Positions 10,192-19,164 of a DNA stretch of 64,000 nucleotides are shown in pieces. The notes under the pieces were generated by a model. The model worked only from the letters and a program-made list of their open reading frames with translations. It did not search any database and was not told the DNA's origin. Source of the stretch: a candidate division WWE3 bacterium (GTDB lineage Bacteria > Patescibacteriota > WWE3 > UBA101185 > UBA10185). Numbering within the stretch: position 1 is the stretch's first letter; each line of letters begins with the position of its first letter. The stretch lies in assembly GCA_052035175.1 (NCBI GenBank), contig JBPOHV010000001.1, forward strand, positions 169,569-233,568, in the 5' to 3' direction. A program made the position numbers and the translations under genes.

Positions 10192-11910
10192 TTAACCGAA
10201 AGTGAATGCAAATACTTTTATTCCTGACCCTTTGAATATCAATTTTAATAAATGCGTTTTGGCAGCAGTTTGTGTATTTACTAGTTCGTACAATCCATCT
10301 CTATTAATAGTTACAATTCCGTTTACGACATCTGATCCTGCATTTTCTGCGGATATTAATTTGTCGTCTAAATAAACTTCGACAAGTTGATTTTCGGAGA
10401 CGGGTGACATTACCAAAAATACTTTTTGACCTTTATAGGCGAGTATGAGTTCTGCATCTTCTTGTGAAGTTTGTGCATATTCATTAGAAAGATTCCAAAT
10501 CCCTGAATATGCAAATTCATCTTGTCCGATAGTTTGATCGTAAGAATACTTTGCAACCCCTTTTACAGGTAGTTCATTTGAAGTGAATCTTTCCATACGA
10601 GCCAAGCCTAGATAAGTTTCAGGCGTAGTTTGATATTTTGGTAATTCATTTATATCAGCGATTTCTTGTTGTTGTGTGTTACCTGCTTCTGCCAACAATG
10701 TTTGTATAGCGCTTTCCATTTCTGCATATCCACCTTCACCAAAATGCACTTTACGTATGTAGCCGTTTGCATCTATCAAATAATGTGCAGGCCAATATCT
10801 ATTGTTATACGCTTGCCAAGTTTTGTAATCGTTGTCTTGTGCTACTGGGTAATTTATCTTGTACATTTCTAACGCGTTCTGCACATTTGATGTTTCTTTT
10901 TCAAATGCAAATTCTGGTGTATGCACTCCTACTACAACAAGCCCTTGATCTTTGTATTTTTCATACCAAGCAGTTACATACGGCAAAGTGCGGATACAAT
11001 TTATGCATGTATATGTCCAAAAATCTACTAAAACAACTTTTCCTTTCAAATCATTCATGGTCAAAGGTGATTCTGTATTTAGCCAGTTATTTATTCCGGT
11101 AAATTCTGGTGCTTTGAATTTAGCTTTATCAAGCTGTGCATTTATTTGCGGTTTATTATTTGTAAGTAAGTCGAGTTGGTTTTGTACTTTGGCATTATCT
11201 TCTAGGTTAAAAACAAAATCTGAGTATGCTGGGAATTTATCTAACAAGTATGTTTGTAAGACTTTGTCATAATTTGTATAAATCGCGAGTGCAGTTGCTA
11301 TCATAATTGCTCCAAAGATTTGTTGAATAATTTTTGTATATTTGTTTAAGACTTTGGCTTTTGCAAAGATCGAAGTTCCCAAAGATGCAAATATAAATAA
11401 TGGAATACCCACTCCAAGTACATACGCAAATGTAACTAATACTATAGAGAAATTCACGCTTTGTGTAGCTGCAAGTGTAGCTATTGTCGCTAATATTGGC
11501 CCTGCGCATGGTGTCCATACCAAACCTAATGCAAGACCTGTAAGCATTCCTGACCAATATCCTTCGCTTTGTGCGTTTGTGGAAATGTTTAATTTGTTTG
11601 TAAGAAAGCTAACGACACTTTCGAGCTTTTGTCCTAAATATGGAATTACTAGAGTTAGCCCAAGCAGGCCGATAATAAGGACAGCAAATATCCTGAGTGT
11701 ATTTGGATCGAATGAAAATATTCTTACTAAATATGAAATCGCCAATGTAGAAATTCCGAAACTTAGCATTAACCCAAAAGTTATTCCCAATGGTTTTCTT
11801 TTACCGCCAGATGTAGTCGATGACAATATAATAGGTAAAAGTGGCCATATGCACGGAGCTAAGATTGTAATAAGCCCTGATATAAATGCAAATATTAATA
11901 GCGTTGCCAT
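10192..11910 (-). CDS. DipZ-like fusion: CcdA/DsbD-family transmembrane thiol-disulfide transporter + thioredoxin-like domain
   Basis: N-terminal polytopic domain ('ILAPCIWPLLP', second Cys 'WTPCAGPIL'), then a redoxin domain with 'WTYTCINC' (CxxC). Confidence 0.65.
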   Translation of the reverse strand: MATLLIFAFISGLITILAPCIWPLLPIILSSTTSGGKRKPLGITFGLMLSFGISTLAISYLVRIFSFDPNTLRIFAVLIIGLLGLTLVIPYLGQKLESVVSFLTNKLNISTNAQSEGYWSGMLTGLALGLVWTPCAGPILATIATLAATQSVNFSIVLVTFAYVLGVGIPLFIFASLGTSIFAKAKVLNKYTKIIQQIFGAIMIATALAIYTNYDKVLQTYLLDKFPAYSDFVFNLEDNAKVQNQLDLLTNNKPQINAQLDKAKFKAPEFTGINNWLNTESPLTMNDLKGKVVLVDFWTYTCINCIRTLPYVTAWYEKYKDQGLVVVGVHTPEFAFEKETSNVQNALEMYKINYPVAQDNDYKTWQAYNNRYWPAHYLIDANGYIRKVHFGEGGYAEMESAIQTLLAEAGNTQQQEIADINELPKYQTTPETYLGLARMERFTSNELPVKGVAKYSYDQTIGQDEFAYSGIWNLSNEYAQTSQEDAELILAYKGQKVFLVMSPVSENQLVEVYLDDKLISAENAGSDVVNGIVTINRDGLYELVNTQTAAKTHLLKLIFKGSGIKVFAFTFG

Positions 11911-11911
11911 A

Positions 11912-12418
11912 TTATAAGTCGCCCAAGTTGGTTGTTACATCGGTTGCTTCCCATGCTTCGATTTTGTTTAACAAAATCTTTTGCTGTGGGTCTAATAACA
12001 CTTTTGTATGTTGATATGTCACTTTGTATTGTTTCGCCAGTGCTTTTTCTACTTCGTCAGTTTCAGGATCGTTATAGTTAACTCTAAATGCGCTTACGTT
12101 TGGGTTGTTTAATATTTTAAAGCCTTCTTTGATTCGTGGCTCTTCGGCTCTGCAAATAGGACACCAACTAGCATAAAAATTCAGTAAAATGTATTTACCG
12201 TCGCTTTGTGCTTGGGCAAAGTCTTTTTCATTAAATTCTACGTAATTTTTATCTTCTTTCTGTACTACTCTTTCTTTATTTTCCATATCTTCATTTTCCA
12301 TGTATGGTGCGTCTGTGAAGTTTTGCGTGTTTTTACTCACAAAAGCGTTGAGTATAAAGAATCCTATAATGCCAAGCAGTGCAATACCGGTAATTATTAA
12401 AAATGCTTTGTTTTTCAT
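11912..12418 (-). CDS. membrane-anchored TlpA-like thioredoxin
   Basis: Signal anchor, then 'FYASWCPICRAE' CxxC thioredoxin motif. Confidence 0.65.
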   Translation of the reverse strand: MKNKAFLIITGIALLGIIGFFILNAFVSKNTQNFTDAPYMENEDMENKERVVQKEDKNYVEFNEKDFAQAQSDGKYILLNFYASWCPICRAEEPRIKEGFKILNNPNVSAFRVNYNDPETDEVEKALAKQYKVTYQHTKVLLDPQQKILLNKIEAWEATDVTTNLGDL

Positions 12419-12452
12419 TTATATAGTTTATCAGAAGTAGGTTGCTTTTGAC

Positions 12453-13070
12453 TTATTCCAAGATCTTACCAAGCTCTTTTAGTGAATTAATTTCTACACA
12501 CCTTTTTGTATTTGTTTTTTGAGTATTTCTATTGAGGTATACTGGCTGGAATTCATTTGCGACTAGTAGCAATTCGATTATTTCAATATTATCATCTACA
12601 ATGAAGCATCTGTCTGGCAGCTTTGATAAAAACTCTGGTGTACGCTTTGTTTGTTCAATAAACACTAGATCGCTATTTATATATTTATCAATTCTCAGGT
12701 TTTTGAGTTTCACGCGTTGGAAACTAGGAGTTCCTTCAGAAAAGATACCAATTTGGTAATTTACAGATTGTAGATAATTCAAAGCTGGTATTACATCGGG
12801 ATACTTTGGATACAAATCAGAATTATTTTCATATTCATTAGCAAGCATTTCATATTGTTGCTTTGTAGCTGGAAGTAATTTCATAAAGTCTAAAAAGTTA
12901 TAATGATAAAGGTCTTCTATAGTTTTTACGTATTCATCATCGACGCGGGTTATCTCAGCTTTACTTATATTAAGTGTTTTGCTAATTAATTCATCAGTTT
13001 TTATAACAAATTCGTCTGTATTAAAAAGTGTGCGATCAATGTCTAGTAATACGATCTTGCTATGTGCCAT
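12453..13070 (-). CDS. HAD superfamily hydrolase
   Basis: N-terminal 'LLDIDRTLF' (DxD motif I). Downstream 'S/T' and 'K...DD' motifs ('FIVDDN'). Confidence 0.55.
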   Translation of the reverse strand: MAHSKIVLLDIDRTLFNTDEFVIKTDELISKTLNISKAEITRVDDEYVKTIEDLYHYNFLDFMKLLPATKQQYEMLANEYENNSDLYPKYPDVIPALNYLQSVNYQIGIFSEGTPSFQRVKLKNLRIDKYINSDLVFIEQTKRTPEFLSKLPDRCFIVDDNIEIIELLLVANEFQPVYLNRNTQKTNTKRCVEINSLKELGKILE

Positions 13071-13084
13071 GCGGACATTTTAGC

Positions 13085-14236
13085 ATGCAGTATAATCATG
13101 CTATGGAAGAAATAGTTTCTATAAACCCTGATGAACATGAGTATTTAGCTTATGAGCCTACCAATAGCCTCAACGAACTTCAGGATAAATTAAAAACCAA
13201 AGAAGGTCAGTTAGAATTTGCCAAAAAAGGAGTTGCAGGCGCTATTACTTTGGTGGCGCGTGGTCTTGTAAAACCTGAAGACGAAGAAGAGATATTATTG
13301 TTAGCGATTCAAAGCGAAGAATTAGAAAGAGAACGATTTGTTACGCCAACTGCTGCTAAGCATTTACAGTTATTTAAAGAAACTGTGCAAGATGCTCAAA
13401 AGCGTAAAGCATTTATAGAAAAAACAAACGAGGCCTTAACAGAAACAAATAAGTTTGCTCATAGCGCTGCTTCGCGTTTTTTTACTAAAAGTAAAACGTT
13501 ATTTGAAAAATGGGGCGCCAATGTTGAGGTTGAAAATACAAAAGGGAAAATAGCATTCTTAACGGTACCTGAAATCCAACTTCTTTTAGAACAAGTAGGT
13601 TATGTAGCGGCACATGGAAATAATTTACCTGCTGAATTTGTGATTGATACGACAAGAGATACAGCTGGCAAAGTAGTTTCGCGATTACTTACTGAAATAA
13701 AGTTTGATGATACTACTGGTATTGCGTTGTCTTTTTCTTATAATAAAAATACTTTGGAACACGAGGTAATACATTTATTAGCTCAGCAATCATCGAAAAC
13801 CAAAGTTTACACCCCAGAAGGTACAAAGGCTCCTGTTACTGTCGTATCACGTGGTTTTATGCCAAAAGCGTATAAATTAGATGGTGAAATAGACACGGAC
13901 GAGACATTAAAGCTTATATCTGGTACCAAAGACAAAAAGCAGCTATATGATTTAAAAATATTAGACGAAGCAGCAACCACTTTGATTCATGCGGTTTTGG
14001 AAGGCAACTGGACATTTGATTCTGCAGAAAATGTATTGTCGCGTAATACAGTAGGAACATTTGATTCTATCGAAAACGTACAGTGGGCACTAAAGCTTGT
14101 ACGTAAGCTGCATGGTGTTACACATCATGAGCAATTTATAAAAAGATATGTTGCAGGTGACTTGGATGGTTTTATCTCAGATTTAGAAGATTCAAGATTG
14201 TCGTTATATGAATTAATGTGGGCTATAGAACATTGA
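13085..14236 (+). CDS. hypothetical protein
   Basis: Long cytoplasmic ORF. Start placed at an internal Met to avoid overlap with the convergent HAD gene. Confidence 0.4.
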   Translation: MQYNHAMEEIVSINPDEHEYLAYEPTNSLNELQDKLKTKEGQLEFAKKGVAGAITLVARGLVKPEDEEEILLLAIQSEELERERFVTPTAAKHLQLFKETVQDAQKRKAFIEKTNEALTETNKFAHSAASRFFTKSKTLFEKWGANVEVENTKGKIAFLTVPEIQLLLEQVGYVAAHGNNLPAEFVIDTTRDTAGKVVSRLLTEIKFDDTTGIALSFSYNKNTLEHEVIHLLAQQSSKTKVYTPEGTKAPVTVVSRGFMPKAYKLDGEIDTDETLKLISGTKDKKQLYDLKILDEAATTLIHAVLEGNWTFDSAENVLSRNTVGTFDSIENVQWALKLVRKLHGVTHHEQFIKRYVAGDLDGFISDLEDSRLSLYELMWAIEH

Positions 14237-14274
14237 TCACTGCAACTTCTGTGTCTTGGCTGTACAATTAACTT

Positions 14275-15672
14275 ATGTATACTGCAAAGTTCTTTTTAAA
14301 AAACATTTTCTTAGTTTTCGGATTGTTATTTGTGTCGTTTTCATTTTGGTACTCGTTTCATCCAGTATATAAAACAACAACGCAAAATACACTCTCGTTA
14401 CCAAGTGAACCTCTGCCACCACTTACAGAAAAGGCATTTATTGGGACAATCCCAATGCCTGAAGTAAACAAGAAGCAGGCTTATATAGATACTGTTAATG
14501 GTAAATTCTTTTTGGATAGTGTCGTATATGATCCAATCGATCAAAATAAACCTATATTATTTTCCGATTTAGACGAAGCTCTACATGAAATGGGAGATTA
14601 TATATTTTATGCGCAAGCCAATAAAATAACGCGTTACAACAAAGTCACTAAAGAAATAGAAGATATAAGTTTACCTGTTGAAATGGGTAGCTATTCAGTT
14701 GCAGGTGTATCTCCATTAACAGAAACAAGAGCCATAATCAATTTTTATGGTGGTACTTATGGCTCAGATGTCCTTACGTATATATATTCTATAGACACGC
14801 AAATTTATGAGCAAATAAATTTGTTCGACGCTTGTAAAGTTGTATATTGTGGTGGGCCTTTTGTTTATGGTGAGCTTTCTTCAAAAGAGTTTATCGTAAG
14901 ACAAGGTGGCGGTGATGGTTGCGGTGGTGGAGGTTTTATATACAAATTTAATATTGAAACAATGACAAAAGAACTTATTTCAAAATACGCTGGTGGTTGT
15001 GGGCCAGACGCCCCAGCTTTTATAGGCACGGCAGACGGAAAGGTATTGATGAGCGATTATCATTATGATGAGACGCTTGGTAGTATGCATGATAATATTT
15101 TTTCGATTGATCCTTATACATTGGCAAAAAAAGATATAGTTTCCAAAGGAAAATTACCGAATAACATTTCTGATATAACTGTAAGTACTTCTAACACAAA
15201 TGACTTAATATTATATGATTATGTTTCTAGTAAAGTTTATACATTTAATTTCAGTACAATGCTTGTTACAAAAATCCAACCACTAAAAGAATACAAACTA
15301 GCACAAGATACTAGAGAAAGATCACTATACAAAATAGAAAGTACTAACTATCAGATGGATCGGATCACATCGGCATGGGAAAATAAATCTGATGAGGCAA
15401 CTGCTATCTTTGTACAAGATCTCAACGGTAATGTTAAAGATTATTTGACATTTGAAACGTGGAGAACTTTTTACAATAAGTTTTTTGGAAAGACTCTTGT
15501 TGATAAACAATGTGCTATAAATGGAAGTTATGGTTTTGCCAATGTAAATCTTGTTGGTGCAAAGTTGACATTTACTGTCTACTATTATTGCCCTGGAAGT
15601 ACGTCTACAACTTATCACATTTTACACGAAGTTGATGTCACAAATGGCGAGCTTTATGTGCTGCCAAAGTAG
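14275..15672 (+). CDS. membrane-anchored extracellular hypothetical protein
   Basis: N-terminal TM helix. Gly/Cys-rich 'GGGDGCGGGGF' segment. Predicted mostly beta. Confidence 0.4.
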   Translation: MYTAKFFLKNIFLVFGLLFVSFSFWYSFHPVYKTTTQNTLSLPSEPLPPLTEKAFIGTIPMPEVNKKQAYIDTVNGKFFLDSVVYDPIDQNKPILFSDLDEALHEMGDYIFYAQANKITRYNKVTKEIEDISLPVEMGSYSVAGVSPLTETRAIINFYGGTYGSDVLTYIYSIDTQIYEQINLFDACKVVYCGGPFVYGELSSKEFIVRQGGGDGCGGGGFIYKFNIETMTKELISKYAGGCGPDAPAFIGTADGKVLMSDYHYDETLGSMHDNIFSIDPYTLAKKDIVSKGKLPNNISDITVSTSNTNDLILYDYVSSKVYTFNFSTMLVTKIQPLKEYKLAQDTRERSLYKIESTNYQMDRITSAWENKSDEATAIFVQDLNGNVKDYLTFETWRTFYNKFFGKTLVDKQCAINGSYGFANVNLVGAKLTFTVYYYCPGSTSTTYHILHEVDVTNGELYVLPK

Positions 15673-15820
15673 GTTTTCGTACTAATTTCTTGCACCACAA
15701 AGGCTACAAATGGTTCCTTTTTCAGTACCTTTTCTGCAATCCTTGCATGAGATTACTTCTGGTTGATTAATTGAGGCGTCCATAATGTCATTAATACCTT
15801 TCGTAGAAAAAATTATTACA

Positions 15821-17134
15821 CTAGTTATAGCTAGCTGTCGAATTTACAGGAATTAGACTATTTGTGTTCAAATCTACAACATAGTTACTCATTATTTGGC
15901 TAGCACCAATATTTAATTGCAAAATAACAGAGTCTGTACCTTTATATTCAAAAGGTATCATGGTAATTAAGTGGTGTATTTTGGATGTATCCACGCCAGA
16001 GGCGCTAGTGTAGTCAAAGGTAAAGAGCTCTTTGGTTGTGCCTGTCTTTAAATTGTAGACAAACAGTTTGTCAATTGAAGAAATTACCTGAAACCTTGAG
16101 TTATCATTGTTGCATGAATATTTACCACTCAATGGGCTTGATTCTATAGTGTAAAACAAATTATCTCCACTAACGGCACCTTTAAAACTATTGGTGTTTT
16201 TCGGAAAGCTTATAACATATTTTTCATCACCGCCTGGTGTTACTAAATAATATCCTGTTTGCTTATTTATCTCTGAGTTCGAGTATCTGCTGATGACTAC
16301 CTGGTTGTTATACCAACCTACTGTACTCTCATAGGTTGTAAAGCTTTTGTTAGGAAATGGGACAAATTGCTTTTTATTCAAATCATAAACTATGAATTCG
16401 CCGCCTTCATAATATCCTTTTAGAATTAACACTTTAGAGTTGTCTGCAGAAAAAATTGGTCTACGGTAAACGAATCTATCGCCTTTTAGTGGTTCTGTAT
16501 TTGAAAACTGCAATTGAGCTGGCGCACTTTCTGCGCTATCAATATCATATGTATAAAATTCATTGGTAGTGGCAATTCCAAGTAATTTTCCATTTGGTGA
16601 AAAACTAATATCTGATACTGATTCATGTGTTGTAGCAGTAGGGTAGCTTTTTTCTAAGACCGTCGTAAACTCTGCGTTTTTACTTGTGTCAGTTATATAT
16701 ACTTTGAACTCATTTTTACCATTATGATCGTATACACCTAATAAAAGAGCTACATATTTAGTTTGTTCAGAGTAAGCAACTCTTATAATTTTCATAACTG
16801 ATAAATCAATCTTTTGTAACAATGGTTTAAATCTTTCATCGACACTGCCGTTATCCAGTAATAAAGCAGATACATCTACACTTTCATTACCTACAGAAAA
16901 CTTCGATTGATAAACGTATGGATCGGTTATTTGACAACTTTTGACAGTGTTAGAGTTGTGTGATGTTGCGTCGGTATTCATAGTAGTTTTTGTAGTTTTA
17001 AGTTTATAAAACAAGGTTATTACTGCTAGAACTAGTAGCACTATAAGACCTGTTAGTATTAAGGTCTTTTTATTTAAAGAGACTAATTTTTTAGGCTCGG
17101 GTTGTATATTATCGTTTACAGTTGGGTTTTCCAT
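15821..17134 (-). CDS. membrane-anchored extracellular hypothetical protein (beta-propeller-like)
   Basis: N-terminal TM helix (LTGLIVLLVLAVITLF). Repetitive beta-rich body. Confidence 0.4.
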   Translation of the reverse strand: MENPTVNDNIQPEPKKLVSLNKKTLILTGLIVLLVLAVITLFYKLKTTKTTMNTDATSHNSNTVKSCQITDPYVYQSKFSVGNESVDVSALLLDNGSVDERFKPLLQKIDLSVMKIIRVAYSEQTKYVALLLGVYDHNGKNEFKVYITDTSKNAEFTTVLEKSYPTATTHESVSDISFSPNGKLLGIATTNEFYTYDIDSAESAPAQLQFSNTEPLKGDRFVYRRPIFSADNSKVLILKGYYEGGEFIVYDLNKKQFVPFPNKSFTTYESTVGWYNNQVVISRYSNSEINKQTGYYLVTPGGDEKYVISFPKNTNSFKGAVSGDNLFYTIESSPLSGKYSCNNDNSRFQVISSIDKLFVYNLKTGTTKELFTFDYTSASGVDTSKIHHLITMIPFEYKGTDSVILQLNIGASQIMSNYVVDLNTNSLIPVNSTASYN

Positions 17135-17230
17135 AAGTCAACTATACTCCAATAGAGTTTGAGGGTGAAGTACCCGCTAAATTTAGAAATCGACCTAATA
17201 TTAAAGGTTGGGATATATTACAATAGCATT

Positions 17231-17962
17231 ATGGAAAATACGACAGCTGATATTGAAACAAGTTGTGATAGTCTTTTGGAAACTTTACTTGATGGAAAGC
17301 AACCAGCAGAAAATCCGGTTTTCTTTTATATAGCGGGTGGATTTAAGACTAGAAAAAGATTTTTGCAAGGTATAATTTTAAATCCTGAAGTTTATAACTC
17401 AGATTGGGTCAGCAACGTTCGTATCAACGAAACTGTTGTGATTGACTTGGGCGCTTTGATCGAACTTTTACACATCTCTGAATCTGATAAACCCATGCAA
17501 CACCCTGAGAAACTTAATAAATACAAGAGTTCATATCTTAACGCCATTAACTATATCGTGGCTCAACTTCTAGAAACAAAAACAAATATAGTTTTTGCTG
17601 ATCACGGAGATGACCTTGGTCATACTGAAAATCTAGTAAAACAAGCAAGATCTTCAGGTTATACAACACAATTAGTAGTCCTAACAATTCCACAAACCCT
17701 GCTGTTAGAGATATTGAATAACAATCAATCTAAAAAACGCGGTAGACTGGTTGATCGGGAAATTGCAGTGAGTATTGCAAAAATCGTTGATCTGAACACA
17801 CCTAAGCTAATAACTATGTTTGATTTTGCTCAAGTTTTTTCCACTGAAAATGAATTAGAACTAATAGGAGAATACGGTAAACTTAAAAACGACAATGCTA
17901 GCTTTGTAATTGATGAGACTATAATACATCGTTTTTACGAAGCCTTAATTGGGTTGCCTTGA
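17231..17962 (+). CDS. hypothetical protein
   Basis: ORF immediately left of the putative island junction. Possible degenerate P-loop 'AGGFKTRK'. Start placed at 'MENTTAD'. Confidence 0.3.
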   Translation: MENTTADIETSCDSLLETLLDGKQPAENPVFFYIAGGFKTRKRFLQGIILNPEVYNSDWVSNVRINETVVIDLGALIELLHISESDKPMQHPEKLNKYKSSYLNAINYIVAQLLETKTNIVFADHGDDLGHTENLVKQARSSGYTTQLVVLTIPQTLLLEILNNNQSKKRGRLVDREIAVSIAKIVDLNTPKLITMFDFAQVFSTENELELIGEYGKLKNDNASFVIDETIIHRFYEALIGLP

Positions 17963-17972
17963 CTAAAACCTT

Positions 17973-17984
17973 TGGTGAGCCCAC
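17973..17984. other. candidate attL remnant (displaced tRNA-Glu 3' end)
   Basis: TGGTGAGCCCAC matches 11/12 positions of the tRNA-Glu 3' terminus TGGTGACCCCAC (45827-45838). Same orientation, in an intergenic position. A match this short could be chance. Confidence 0.2.
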
Positions 17985-18106
17985 TGTCCCCATTTTGGAA
18001 CACCTCTTCGAGAGCTTAATACGTACTTCTGAAAGACTCCAAGAGTTAGGCTTTACCTATTATAATGGAAAAGTGACTGTTATTGAAACTCAAGAGGAGG
18101 GAAACA

Positions 18107-18547
18107 ATGGATAACTCCTCTCTTTTTGACGAAAGGACATTTTATAAGCAATTTATACCCGATTTACTTCGATGTGATCATGAGGTTATTATCGAAAGTC
18201 CATTCATAACTAGTGAACGAATGGCTACTTTGTATCCTGTTTTTGAAAAACTAGTGAACCAAGGTGTAAAGGTTTATATCATAACCAGAGATCCTAAAGA
18301 ACACTCTAATGGCTATGAAATACAATCTGAAGCTGAAATACAGCGTTTCGAACAGTTGGGTGTACAAGTTTTCCTTTGCATAGGCAACCATCACCGCAAA
18401 TTAGCAATCCTTGATAGAAATATCCTATGGGAAGGTAGTCTCAATATTCTTTCTCAAATACAAAGTAGGGAAATCATGAGACGAATTGAAGCTAAAAGCG
18501 CAGCAGTTGAAATGTTTAATTATTTGAAGCTGGGGAGGTTTTTATAG
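18107..18547 (+). CDS. single-HKD phospholipase-D-family nuclease (Nuc-like)
   Basis: 'GNHHRKLAILD' HxKxxxxD motif. ~146 aa like plasmid Nuc. Strong AGGAGG Shine-Dalgarno 8 nt before the ATG at 18107. The ORF track began it at an upstream TTG. Confidence 0.6.
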   Translation: MDNSSLFDERTFYKQFIPDLLRCDHEVIIESPFITSERMATLYPVFEKLVNQGVKVYIITRDPKEHSNGYEIQSEAEIQRFEQLGVQVFLCIGNHHRKLAILDRNILWEGSLNILSQIQSREIMRRIEAKSAAVEMFNYLKLGRFL

Positions 18548-18550
18548 TCT

Positions 18551-18811
18551 ATGTTATACTCCAACCATATGACCAAGAAGTTTACAGGCTACGAAATCAA
18601 TGAAAAAGATATTGAGGCAACGCTACGCTATCTCATAACTGAAAAGGGTATGAAGAACGCGACACGGGAAGATGCAATTAGCTTTTTGGAGGAACATCAG
18701 GATCTTGCGCATCTTATGGCTCATAAAATAGTTGAGGATGAAAAAAGTGGAAAAATTAAACCAGTAAAACTTGAATCTGATAAGGAAAAGCAGAAAATTG
18801 GATCAAAATGA
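18551..18811 (+). CDS. hypothetical small protein
   Basis: 86-aa charged ORF abutting the nuclease gene. Confidence 0.3.
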   Translation: MLYSNHMTKKFTGYEINEKDIEATLRYLITEKGMKNATREDAISFLEEHQDLAHLMAHKIVEDEKSGKIKPVKLESDKEKQKIGSK

Positions 18812-19027
18812 CAAAATGTCAGAAGATTTTACTTTAAGTATCTTGAGTATATTCTGGAATATTTTCAACGAAGGATTCACTTCATCCCTTTCTATACGAG
18901 CATAGTAATTGGAATTAATCCCAGCCTTTTTGGCAACATCGGACTGTTTTAGTCCAAGTTCTTGTCTGGCTTCTTTTAATTTTTTCCCAATTTTTGTTTT
19001 TGGCGGCATAGTGAGATTATAAGCCAT
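18803..19027 (-). CDS. XRE-family helix-turn-helix transcriptional regulator
   Basis: 'LKQSDVAKKAGINSNYYARIERDEVNPSL' is a canonical HTH_XRE. Confidence 0.7.
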   Translation of the reverse strand: MAYNLTMPPKTKIGKKLKEARQELGLKQSDVAKKAGINSNYYARIERDEVNPSLKIFQNILKILKVKSSDILSF

Positions 19028-19164
19028 TTCATGATCTTCTGCCTAGAAACAATGTTTTTAGAATTTCAGAGTCTGAAAACCCTCTCAGGAAAGCAACTGA
19101 GTAATAAGTCTTTAATTCCTCACACTCAAACGAAGGAAATATACAATTTTTGCAACTTTTTACC

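Noticed and set aside
17973-17984. Treating the 12-mer tRNA-like match as a confident attL
   Set aside because: At 11/12 identity, a chance match is plausible in a 64-kb window. It is retained only as a low-confidence boundary hint.
18083-18106. TTG-initiated N-terminal extension of the Nuc-like ORF (MKLKRRET...)
   Set aside because: An ATG at 18107 with a perfect AGGAGG ribosome-binding site 8 nt upstream is the far better start. The extension is upstream read-through of the open frame.
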